In this document: in pieces, positions 20,342 to 32,042 of the stretch
Position numbering within the stretch: position 1 is the first letter of the stretch
Layout of the letters: each line of letters begins with the position of its first letter
DNA from: Balanoglossus misakiensis
Lineage: Eukaryota > Animalia > Hemichordata
Assembly (NCBI GenBank): GCA_040954595.2
Contig: CM082591.2
Location: 10,309,309 to 10,373,308, forward strand
Length of the DNA stretch: 64,000 nt
Direction: 5' to 3'
Notes under the pieces: model-generated
Told to the model about the DNA's origin: nothing
The model's database searches: none
Seen by the model: the letters and a program-made list of their open reading frames with translations, nothing else
Made by a program: the position numbers and the translations under genes

Positions 20342-23300
20342 CAGTACCAGTATATGGAAGTGTGTGTATGTATGGCGTAATTCCAGGAAATAATTCACTG
20401 ACTGACTCTGACTTTGAATGACTTTGTCTGCGGGCAAGTACAGGTGTGCAGAATTATCAAGTCAAAGAACTAGCTATAGAGTATGAAATTGCGGCTAATG
20501 AGAAAATCCAACTTACCACAGCAGTCTGCTCTGTTCGTGATGACGACCTCATAGATATTGTAATTCTGACCCAAGTCCACCCTCCACCATGGTTGGTACT
20601 CTTTGTTTGTCCAGGAACATGCCCCAGATGTTGCATCGCTGTTATAATCACCATCCACTGCATTGCCAGCCGCTGAATCCTCTCTTGGTTTTTCTGAACT
20701 CTGGCTAGCTACTTTGCCTTGTGCCACATTCTCCATGTCAGGTGGAAACGTGCAAGCTGTACAGCAATGGTGTGTTAAAGTAGTGTGTGCCTTGGAAATC
20801 AGTCCTGAGTTTTTTTACCATATTTTGCTCAAGCCATCATTAGATTATTCCCTCTTCAATTTTGAATTCTCAGACGACACCATATTGAATTGTAATACCC
20901 ACAGGCACATAAAACAACAGGTTTGTACTCTTGCAATGGGTGGCTGAATAACGAGTCTTATTTCTAATTATAACTTGTTCAAATGTTAACATACAGCTAC
21001 AATCAGTGGTAAATAATACTAGTTGTTACCCAATCAGTAAGCTCGATTATATGGACTAAGTTGGAAAGTAGAATCTAGAAACAACGCAATAAATGATAGG
21101 TTGGATACTTACGCGGCAATGTTGGAATCACAGTTGCTGCATATATCAATGAATATTTAAAGCAACACGTGAAGGATAGAAATTATGTAAGTAAAGCATT
21201 TAGCATATACCTGGATACTAATCATTAGGTAACTTTTATCCACGCAGTAATACACAGTCCAATGCACAGTTGCATCAGTGCACATTTCTGAACTATTTTC
21301 ATTCTCATGTCTATGTGTACACAAAACCAGCCATTTAATGTTTTTCCATGAGGCTGCAAAGCGACTGTTTCGATTAATCACTGCAAATTTCCCGATTGCG
21401 CTTTGTTTGGACCGACCCTTTTACTAATCATTTTCAAAACATTTAGCTAGAAAAAAATCAATGTCCATGCATTACAAAATTTAATCTTGTAATCTTATGA
21501 TGAGACTTACTCAAAGGTTGTCCTGGTCATGTTTTGAATGCATGCCAAACAAAATAAATTACAACATTATCACGCATTATCATTATAATCTCTCACCCTC
21601 AAGGAACTCGAATTTGATTTCTCGCATGAAGTAGGGAATATAAACTTTGTAATATATTTATATTATACGTATAACCGGTACGTGCACTTACTAATGAAAA
21701 CATACAGGAAGGTCAAAAAGTAAAGTTGAATTAGAAAGAAAATGTTATTCACCTTCAGTTGTTGGCACTGGTTCTGTTGGAGCGGCTTCTGTGGGCGGTG
21801 CTTCTGTGGGTGGGGCTTCTGTGGGCGGAGCTGCTGTGGGTGGGGCTTCTGTCTTTTGTCCTGTCAGACATAAATAAATGTGCAAAGACGTTAACCGTTT
21901 CACCACCATGGTTTAGTCCAAAGCCATTGTTTTCTATGGTAGTGTTGAACTTCTAAAGAGGGAACTAGAGGTAAAGGGGTTTAAAGCTTTGTGTTTACAT
22001 AATCAAGTGCGATGCTCATGTGTTACCACCTCAACACTGTTGTCCATTGCAATCCCTGCTTTTCCTGATGAGTGTGTACCTGGTAAAACCATGGACATGT
22101 TTTCAGTGAATATTAACATTGTGCAAGGAAATGTGATTTGGGTGTATATTGCTGTTTCTGACTGCAGCATAAATAATCTGCAAATTGTGTATACAAGGGG
22201 TCTGAAATGTATACCCATTAATAACTTGAGATACACAACTTTTTGATATGACCTGGACACTGTACTCGGCCATGCTTGGGGTCCATGAAATTCAAATTGT
22301 TTGCCTTAAAATCGCAAGGATAATATGAAATTGCATCACTGCACCATGAAGGTGAACAGCAGGGATATATACCATCTGGGTCACACTCGGCTGGACTGCC
22401 ATCAGGAAGGGGGTAACTTGCTCCACATCGAAGATCATCTCTCCACTTGTTGTTGCCATCTAATTTATAATCAGGTTGCATGCAAAGATAAAAAAAGAGA
22501 ATGGTGAGAGATGTGAATGTTAATTGGTCAAAATATATATATTTGTGTTAACATAAACTTCATATGTACCATATTTACCTCTGTAGTCTATGCAGTTGGC
22601 GCATGTGCAGTGATCTGCAGTATTACCACACCAATTGTAAGGTGAACAACAAGGATATCTACCATCTGGGTCACACTTGGCTGGACTGCCATCAGGAAGG
22701 GGGTAACTTGCTCCACATCGAAGATCATCTCCACTTGTTGTTGTCATCTAATTTATCATATTGTTGCATGCAAAGAAAACAGAGAATAGTGAGACATGTG
22801 AACGTTGATTGGTCGAAATATATATATTTGTGTTAACATAAACTTTATATGCACTATATTTACCTCTGTAGTCTATGCAGTCAGGGCATATGCAGTGATC
22901 AGCTGTATTACCACACCAATTGTAAGGTGAACAGCAAGGATATCTACCATCTGGGTCACACTCGGCTGGACTGCCATCAGGAAGGGGGTAACTTGCTCCA
23001 CATCGAAGATCATCTCTCCACTTGTTGTTGCCATCTAATTTATAATCAGGTTGCCTGCAAAGATAAAAAAGAGAATGGTGAGAGATGTGAATGTTAATTG
23101 GTCAAAATATATATATTTGTGTTAACATAAACTTCATATGTACCATATTTACCTCTGTAGTCTATGCAGTTGGCGCATGTGCAGTGATCTGCAGTATTAC
23201 CACACCAATTGTAAGGTGAACAGCAAGGATATATACCATCTGGGTCACACTCGGCTGGACTGCCATCAGGAAGGGGGTAACTTGCTCCACATCGAAGATC

Positions 23301-26300
23301 ATCTCTCCACTTGTTGTTGTCATCTAATTTATCATATTGTTGCATGCAAAGAAAACAGAGAATAGTGAGACATGTGAACGTTGATTGGTCGAAATATATA
23401 TATTTGTGTTAACATAAATGTTATATACACCATATTTACCTCTGTAGTCTATGCAGTTGGCGCATGTGCAGTGATCTGCAGTATTACCACACCAATTGTA
23501 AGGTGAACAGCAAGGATATCTACCATCTGGGTCACACTCGGCTGGACTGCCATCAGGAAGGGGGTAACTTGCTCCACATCGAAGATCATCTCTCCACTTG
23601 TTGTTGCCATCTAATTTATAATCAGGTTGCCTGCAAAGATAAAAAAGAGAATGGTGAGAGATGTGAATGTTAATTGGTCAAAATATATATATTTGTGTTA
23701 ACATAAACTTCATATGTACCATATTTACCTCTGTAGTCTATGCAGTTGGCGCATGTGCAGTGATCTGCAGTATTACCACACCAATTGTAAGGTGAACAGC
23801 AAGGATATATACCATCTGGGTCACACTCGGCTGGACTGCCATCAGGAAGGGGGTAACTTGCTCCACATCGAAGATCATCTCTCCACTTGTTGTTGTCATC
23901 TAATTTATCATATTGTTGCATGCAAAGAAAACAGAGAATAGTGAGACATGTGAACGTTGATTGGTCGAAATATATATATTTGTGTTAACATAAATGTTAT
24001 ATACACCATATTTACCTCTGTAGTCTATGCAGTTGGCGCATGTGCAGTGATCTGCAGTATTACCACACCAATTGTAAGGTGAACAGCAAGGATATCTACC
24101 ATCTGGGTCACACTCGGCTGGACTGCCATCAGGAAGGGGGTAACTTGCTCCACATCGAAGATCATCTCTCCACTTGTTGTTGCCATCTAATTTATAATCA
24201 GGTTGCCTGCAAAGATAAAAAAGAGAATGGTGAGAGATGTGAATGTTAATTGGTCAAAATATATATATTTGTGTTAACATAAACTTCATATGTACCATAT
24301 TTACCTCTGTAGTCTATGCAGTTGGCGCATGTGCAGTGATCTGCAGTATTACCACACCAATTGTAAGGTGAACAGCAAGGATATATACCATCTGGGTCAC
24401 ACTCGGCTGGACTGCCATCAGGAAGGGGGTAACTTGCTCCACATCGAAGATCATCTCTCCACTTGTTGTTGTCATCTAATTTATCATATTGTTGCATGCA
24501 AAGAAAACAGAGAATAGTGAGACATGTGAACGTTGATTGGTCGAAATATATATATTTGTGTTAACATAAATGTTATATACACCATATTTACCTCTGTAGT
24601 CTATGCAGTTGGCGCATGTGCAGTGATCTGCAGTATTACCACACCAATTGTAAGGTGAACAGCAGGGATATATACCATCTGGGTCACACTCGGCTGGACT
24701 GCCATCAGGAAGAGGGAAATTTGCTCCACATCGATTATCATCTCTCCACTTGTTGTTGTTGCCATCTAATTAATCGTCAGGTTGCATGCAAAGAAAAAAG
24801 AAAATGGTGAGACATGTGAACGTTGATTGGTCGAAATATAATAATAAGTGTGTTAACATAAACGTTATATGCACTATATTTACCTCTGTAGTCTATGCAG
24901 TTGGCACATAAGCAGTGATCGGCTGTATTACCACACCAATTGTAAGGTGAACAGCAAGGATATATACCATCTGGGTCACACTCGGCTGGACTGCCATCAG
25001 GAAGGGGGTAACTTGCTCCACATCGAAGATCATCTCTCCACTTGTTGTTGCCATCTAATTTATAATCAGGTTGCATGCAAAGATAAAAAAAGAGAATGGT
25101 GAGAGATGTGAATGTTAATTGGTCGAAATATATATATTTGTGTTAACATAAACTTTATATGTGCCATATTTACCTCTGCAGTCTAAATACATCCATGTTG
25201 ATTGGTCTAGAAAATAAAATAACGAAATTTGATAATGAAACGAATTGGCCTAGCAGTGATATAAATTTGGAACTTAAATTTATTACGAAAAAAGAAAACA
25301 TTTGGGTATACTGGTATATGGAAGATGACTTGGGCATTCACATTCTTAGAAGCATTTCCCGGGATATTTGATTTATACAAACAAAAGAATTATTTAATAT
25401 ACAGTATTGATATACAAGGAAGGTTTTGAAAATTTCTTGATTGTAACTCCAACCAAATTGCCAACCAAGCAACCTGTACTTATTTGCCCATAAGATGGAT
25501 TATTCAAAACAAAAATGCCATCTCTTTTACATACTTCCTTAGATATATGATAACCTAATACAACTTCTCTTTGCTATAGCTAGACTAAGTTTACATGAGT
25601 ATAATCCCTTGGCCTCATGGACTGATATTGATAGCTGTTTGACATGCGCAATCACATGGTTTAAAATGGCATGTACACAGCCAATCATGCACGGAACGCA
25701 TTTAGCGACAGACTCTACCAGTGCTATTTTTGGCACCACACTTCAGCAGAAAAATATTGTTTACACTGAACTGTACACAGAACCATATATTATTTTCTGT
25801 CATGCTAAAATATCTTTCAATATGATCAGCAGGTAGGTGATGCCGGAGTTGGCGGTTTTATTACACTACTGTGGTGACCACTTTAATCTGTATAAGGCTA
25901 CGATGTTGAGATTAGCAATGGACCAAAATAAATGTAAGCAAACTATAGGAGTTGTATGCTATGGGCTGGATAACAGAGAGACTGCACCCCGACCGAGTGG
26001 TGCGCGAAGATGACGTGAATTAACTCCAAAAGGTGTTACGTTCTTTCTATATTGCACACTGGTTTCTATTTTGACAGAAGATGTACGGTATTTATTATTG
26101 TGTTTGTGAATGTGAGAGTCTATGGTTATACCTGTACACATGTACGGTATGCCAATTTAGCCACAGTTACCATAAGACAGTGGAGATCTAGCCAATCACA
26201 ATTTTCATTGGGTGGACACATGTAAAAGAATTTGCCATCAGATGGTCGTTTGAAGACTTGTACACACTTTTTAGTTCTGCTGTCACTTGTGTCAGCCGAG

Positions 26301-28424
26301 CTGTAACAGGAGGTTGATAAGTGTCCGTCCAACTTTTTGTATTTCAATCTTCTTCTTTAAAACAACTTGGCATATTTAGCTGAAATTTGGTTGGAATGTG
26401 CGTTATGGTGCCGTTACCTGATTTTGTTAATTTAGATTTGATGGGGTCATGAATATGCAACTTAGATCTAAAATAGAATTTTTGGTCAAAAATCTTCTTC
26501 TCCATAACTACATGTACGATGGAGCTGAAATTTGGTAGGAATGTGTGTTATGGTGCCCCTGATTTGGCACTGTTACTATTGTTCTTCTTCTCAGGTTTAA
26601 TAAAAGTTATTGAATTGGAACCTTAAGTCCCTTGTACTTTTTCTTCAGCCCTTCACAACATCACATAATCACTTTCACAAACAGCTAATCACAATAATTA
26701 TATATGCTCAATACTTTGCACATGTATGTACACAAACAACAAAGCAACGTGCTCACCCATACAATTGTTATGAATTGAAACCTAGGGTATTCATATCATT
26801 GCCCAGCTTACACTGTTAAAGTCAGAAGAGCTCTTTTGACTGTCAGGTTACTTGTTTTAATCATGTATGGACATATTTAAATTACAGATGGCTGTAACTT
26901 GTATTCATTTAATAGTAATATAGTATGCACACTTTGCGAGACCTGTACTGTGGGGATTGTGCTGACTGCAAAAATGAAACCAAGGTTTCGATGTGTTTTA
27001 TTGAAATCAGTCTTCATACAATCTTTATCAGAAATAATAGAACAAAATTTGGATGTTGTTGTAGTGAGGTCCATGTGTGAAGAGTTTTGTTTATAAACAT
27101 TGGAGTATCATTAGAGACCCTGCCAATCAAGACTTGTTATATCAAAATAACTTGATATGATAATAGTAATGATTTATTGTTTGTCATGATGTACAAAGTA
27201 ACAAACGCAATTTTTACAAGACATATTGTAGCTAATAGGTTACACTTGTGTCTTCTGTGACTTGCTATCAACTGTGTTTTAATGGGACCCATGAATGCAG
27301 CCGCATATGGGACCGGCACCCACCCTTTAAAGGGCGATGATCATCTTATGTGCATGTATTAAACCAGAGACCAGGTTGTAAATATATTATGTACAGTCAT
27401 GGCCAAATGGCAGTGTGCAGTTCTAACAACATACTACATGATGGAGTGAAAGAAGGGACAAAACTTAAGTCTACTTACACTGTGTGCATAAATTATTAGA
27501 GCTCGCGCTGTATTCCGTACTCTTGATTGGCTGAGACCAAACCACGTGACGTAGAAAAAAACGTGATATTACATGGTTGACAGAGTCTCTGGCCCGTAGG
27601 TAGGGGCTACGGGCCGGGATACGCGCGCGTCGAGAGGATATGCCTGCTGAGAACAGGTTTTAAGTTCTGCGCATAACAAATTATCGTTTAATGGCTTACT
27701 TCACGATCAGTCAACTCCCGCATATATGGCTTCAAAGCGACACACAGGATTAACACCTGTTCAACTGGACGATATTTTACCGCAAACGGACAGTAAATAC
27801 ACCACAGTCTCAACCAACAACGCGGTTTCCTCAAGATTATCTTAGTTCGAAGTAGGTACAGCAAGATATTTGTGTTCACTGCAACCTGCAACGCACGACA
27901 TGGACGCAACCCTCTATGCTGTATGAATGGTCAAATGTTCGGTGTAATAAAATTAATAACACATGATGCTCGGACCATATCACGATATTTAGCCTGCCCT
28001 CGGGCTGGTGATCTCTGGCCATAATATTGATGATACCCTCGCCTGCGGCTCGATATGGAATGAAGTGAAGGCAGTCTACAATTAAAATGCGTCAAAAGCA
28101 AAATTTGAAGAATATTTGAATTGGTCGTAATGTTTGTGCATAAAAAGAGATGGTGGACTCATTCCCAACAGATTGTATTCTGTCCAACGACATTTCCTGA
28201 TCAAATATTATTCATCTATTGCCACCCCACTATTGAAGCAAAATTGAACTTATTACCAAAACATCAGCGAAGGCTATTGAATACTATCGGTGATATATGG
28301 TACATGATACACCATAAATATATATCTTTTCTTGTAACACAAGCACGGGAGAAAACTTTTACAGCTTACCGACGTGATGCATGTTGAAGGCAGCAAATAA
28401 CGTAGCAACCAATAGCCACTCCAT
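20013..28424 (-). CDS. Multi-exon secreted lectin: signal peptide, up to 10 hevein/chitin-binding-type-1-like modules, Pro/Thr linker, F-type (fucolectin) domain; carries lesions, possibly a pseudogene or damaged allele
   Basis: Phase-1 GT-AG exon chain: 28424-28370, 25206-25174, hevein-like exons 25054-24884, 24765-24592, 24475-24305, 24186-24016, 23899-23729, 23610-23440, 23323-23153, 23034-22864, 22747-22579 (frameshifted), 22459-~22345 (truncated), then 21860-21753, 21136-21113, 20756-20517, 20214-20013. Confidence 0.75.
20276..20338. repeat. (GT)n microsatellite, intronic
   Basis: Direct reading. Confidence 0.95.
20517..20756 (-). CDS. F-type lectin N-terminal exon
   Basis: ENVAQGKVASQSS...AGNAVDG...CSWTNKEYQPWWRVDLG...VVITNRADCC; ACAG acceptor, GTAAGT donor. 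Confidence 0.92.
21113..21136 (-). CDS. Putative 24-nt micro-exon (ATVIPTLP)
   Basis: GCAG acceptor, GTAAGT donor, frame-preserving phase 1-1, Pro/Thr composition like the neighbouring linker exon. Confidence 0.55.
21753..21860 (-). CDS. Pro/Thr-rich linker exon (TEAPP repeats)
   Basis: GQKTEAPPTAAPPTEAPPTEAPPTEAAPTEPVPTTE; ACAG and GTGAAT splice sites; 108 nt, phase 1-1. Confidence 0.8.
22345..25185 (-). repeat. 288-bp exon+intron tandem repeat (10 units, A/B dimer of 576 bp), each encoding a 57-aa 8-Cys hevein-like module
   Basis: KWRDDLRCGASYPLPDGSPAECDPDGIYPCCSPYNWCGNTADHCTCANCIDYR per unit; CCS-x3-WCG-x4-HC resembles chitin-binding type 1; TTAG acceptor and GTAAAT donor in each complete unit. 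Confidence 0.93.
26340..26560. repeat. Two ~135-bp imperfect direct repeats (satellite-like TE remnant)
   Basis: TCTTCTT...GCTGAAATTTGGT.GGAATGTG.GTTATGGTGCC occurs twice. Confidence 0.6.
27495..28055. mobile_element. Non-autonomous repeat ending in a CTCGCCTGCGGCTCG core (half of a palindromic element)
   Basis: Same 15-nt core as the palindrome at 29703-29889; CpG-richer than the flanks. Family and boundaries not established. Confidence 0.4.
28370..28424 (-). CDS. Probable first coding exon with signal peptide (MEWLLVATLFAAFNMHHV)
   Basis: ATG with G at +4, hydrophobic core, phase-1 GTAAGC donor compatible with all downstream exons. Confidence 0.65.
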
Positions 28425-29499
28425 GATCTTTACCGGTACATGTATTCAAACCAACAGTTTATGAAAAAACATGGTTTTTGCATAGGTTTTATGTGTTTCC
28501 ACTGAATAATTATGATACATACTGATGGTGATTGATTGGTTGAGTTAGAAATCCTGAGTGTGATTGGTTGATGCACAAATTATAATATCAGCAAGGTATC
28601 CCATTCCTTGTGAATCTAATTAACATAATCATTTATGCTATTTTTGGTTCTGTGACATTTTGACGTGGGAGAATTTGCAGTAATGTATAAGCCGCTACAT
28701 GCCTGGTCCACGTGCACATCACATAATAATCCTTCGAGCCGTCAAAAATATTTTCCTGTCTGTGTCAAGCCACGCAGAACTCGACTCAACAGAATGCATA
28801 GACACCAAGTCAAAGTATAGCTTGAAAAGGTACCGTCAATACAGCTTCTTTGTGTTTCAGGTAGAATGCCGCCTCAAAAATCTTTGATATTGGTCCATAA
28901 AGGGTCCAAAATGCCATGTGGCCTTTGGACACATTTTCAATAAAAATCAATCTTCCAAATTCTCTTTGCAATATCATACATTATCACATGAACTGGCCCT
29001 GATCACCACCTGTGTGACGTAGACCAGGACAGATCAAAAATCCTGATCACCCCTGTGTTACGTCATCAACCGGAACTATTTCCACCGATTCGCCGTAGCT
29101 TTGTTGTCAAACAGAAACAGTACGTGTAGCGCGCGGCATTTACAATACAGAAATGAAATAAAAAAATTACGGTTCCATGACAATAACGCTTTGTAAGCTC
29201 AAAACAGAAAGGTGGAATTTGGAAAGAAGACAGTCGACGCAACGATCATGGACGATCGTGGCTGTCAAAGTTTTGGGTCAGGTGTACATAGCCTAGGCTA
29301 GGCGCAAGTCCGGTACGTTCCGAGTCGAATCAGCGTGGGGAATTGTTTCGAGCCAGTTCAGCGTGACGACTGAACCTCTCTATTGCACCGGTCAACGAAA
29401 TGTATAAGACGTGGCAACAGGTTGCAGTAAAATTGTTAGAGAATCGATTACATTTGTGTAAGGCCGAACTTCGAGCGAACGGAACTCAACGGGACGACT

Positions 29500-29586
29500 T
29501 GTTGGGAGATTTTATGAATGATCAGCGATAGTTCACCATTTGCGTATATGCAAATGATGAACTATCGCTGATAAAATCTCCCAACA
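29500..29586. repeat. 87-bp near-perfect hairpin centred on ATTTGCGTATATGCAAAT
   Basis: TGTTGGGAGATTTTAT..CAGCGATAGTTCACCATTTGC paired with GCAAATGATGAACTATCGCTGATAAAATCTCCCAACA. Confidence 0.85.
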
Positions 29587-29702
29587 TATATCTCCTGGGG
29601 GACATAATCCCGCTCAGTAAAATACGACACCGCTCCAAAATTGTTGCAAGGTACTGAATTGTTTTAGTCCTGCCTCTTCTAACGAAAAATAAGAAGACTG
29701 TT

Positions 29703-29889
29703 CATGTGATAAATATATAATCCCATGATATCTTTCTTTGTTTAACGTCATCGTATACGAGTGGTTTTCGCGGAAGCGTACAACTTCTCGCCTGCGGCTC
29801 GAAGTTGCACTGCTCCGCGAAAACCACTCGTATACGATGACGTCAAACAAAGAAAGATATCATGGGATTATATGTAATTATCACACATG
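29703..29889. repeat. ~185-bp palindrome with asymmetric core CTCGCCTGCGGCTCG
   Basis: Arms of about 85 bp, nearly perfectly complementary. Confidence 0.9.
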
Positions 29890-31256
29890 CAACGCCTGTA
29901 TATGCAACTTTCTATTGTACTCACAGTGAAGATATGAGCCTGAAAATACGGAATTCATATTTTCACTCCGCGTCTCGAACTATCGGGATATTTGAGAACG
30001 GTGAATTCATCACAATGTTGACAGTTCTGATCGACGCGATAGTTCACTGCGCCCACGAGCGACGTATGGCACATAGGACTATCTAGTGGGGAAGGGTGTT
30101 GTACAATTCGGTGACAGATAAAGCTTTGTAACAATGTAAAGCCGTGTTCTATTGCAGGCTTTCAATTGCCTGTGCAATTTTGGTATTGAATCACACAGAA
30201 CCTCCGTTGACATTGATTTATTTCAGAGCTTCAAATAAATTCATTTGAAAATGTGCTGGTAAAATTAAAATTGGCACTTTACTTGGTTGTCAAACTGTCT
30301 GTGTGATTCAATACGCATTCAGAATTGACTTTGTAATAAATGTACCAAAGTTGCACTGGCAATTGAAAGCCTGCCATAGAACACGGCCGTACATTGTTAA
30401 TACACAGCTTTATCTGTCATTGCCTGAGTGGAAATTGCAGCATTTATGCACAGAAATTTACGTACATGTCTGCAATAATATTTTTAGATATGAAAACCTT
30501 GCTCAATAAAACTGTGCATATCTCTATAGTGGCTAAAGTCAATGCCTACTGATGTACGTGTCCGTCATAATCTATTGTCAAAAATGCATGAAATACACGG
30601 GATTTGCATACTAGTAAATGGAATCGCTGGTCAACTTTTGGGGTTTGAGGCTGGAATTTCTGTCATTACACATTTAGGTCAGGTTTGCCAAGCACATTAT
30701 TTTATTAACCCTGGTGTGCTATCAATTTTAGTTTTGAAAACAAAGCACACAACCAGTTTGACATTTTAGAACATGTGCATATTACCTGCACATTTTCAAA
30801 TAAATGACAGATTGTGGACTAAAAACACTTGGTGGGTGTGTTGCCCATCAATCAAATCAGTAAATGACTAAAGTGTTACTGAAATACGGACAAGCCACAA
30901 AAACAGCGAAAACTGTGCATTTCCGTTATAAATCAGTCCTTAACCCTTTTTTCAAACCTCGACCGTATTTTTGGTTTACATTTCACAGAAAATCCTGCGA
31001 GATGAGGTCAAATTTAAATTAAAATGTTATTTCACTGATTTCACATTGTACACCATCTAATATTACTGCATGAGTTATGGTTTTAAAAATCCTCTGCCCT
31101 AGTTCTAAAGGGCAGATGTCATCTTTTTGTGTAGTCATTAAAACCTTCATAGTTTCGGCTTCAAGTAATGTACATGTTTCTAATTAGCATCCAAATGGTA
31201 CTCAGAAAAAGTGTTCATTGAACCTTCATAGTGTGGTTGAAAAAGCAAGAGCTTAA

Positions 31257-32042
31257 AGGCCAACGATCCAAATGCGCATGTGCGTATTTTCATGTGTACA
31301 AACATTACGTCCAAATCCAAATGTTCTGCAAATTTACTTTAATTTCCTTCTATATTTCATGCGCACTGTATAAGAAGACTTTATTTTTGTGCCTTCGTTT
31401 GACCCAATTTTCAGTCTTTTCCTGATTTCCGACACAGACTATGGTCGCCGTCATCTTGTCTGTTGTTAGGACAGAACACTACCTTAAAAGAAATACAAGG
31501 TCATTGTGCTAGTCTTCTTGTGATTAATCGTTTAGGCTCAAAAAGAATTCATGTTGTCGCGTAACGTTTTTTCGAAGTCTCGCGTAATTAAGCGTGATTT
31601 CGCGTGATTCATAATAGACGTCAGGCGCGCTCATGCGGCAGTTACGTTGGCATTCAAATTTCCAGATAACGGGCAACTTTAACAACGTGGTCCAGACAAA
31701 GACAGTGCAGACGAAACGCCATGAGGCTGATATGGCACCATACCTGATATATATTACGTGTTTGGTGGTTCTCAAGTAAAAACATACTCCGAAAAACTTT
31801 TATTGGATGCCGAAATATTGCTTGAGGCGTCATCTGGAAATGACAATGCCGTGGAAGACATGGCCAGATCACGTGATTGATAGTAAAGATACCCCTTTTG
31901 TAATGATCAACATTTTTTATTGTTGGAAATGTCAACAGCAACAATGATCATTACTCATATACAGGCTTTGCTGAGAAGCTAAAGACTAAACATATCACTG
32001 ATAAGTCTATCCATAGAAGCACAAGAGACTGGAGTTTGGCCT
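31257..32042. mobile_element. Kolobok-like MITE, 786 bp
   Basis: TTAA|AGGCCAA...TTGGCCT|TTAA; short imperfect TIR. Confidence 0.6.

Noticed and set aside
22325-25102. Plus-strand ORF series (MYHIYLCSLCS...)
   Set aside because: Antisense shadows of the minus-strand exons; splice signals and Cys pattern support minus only.
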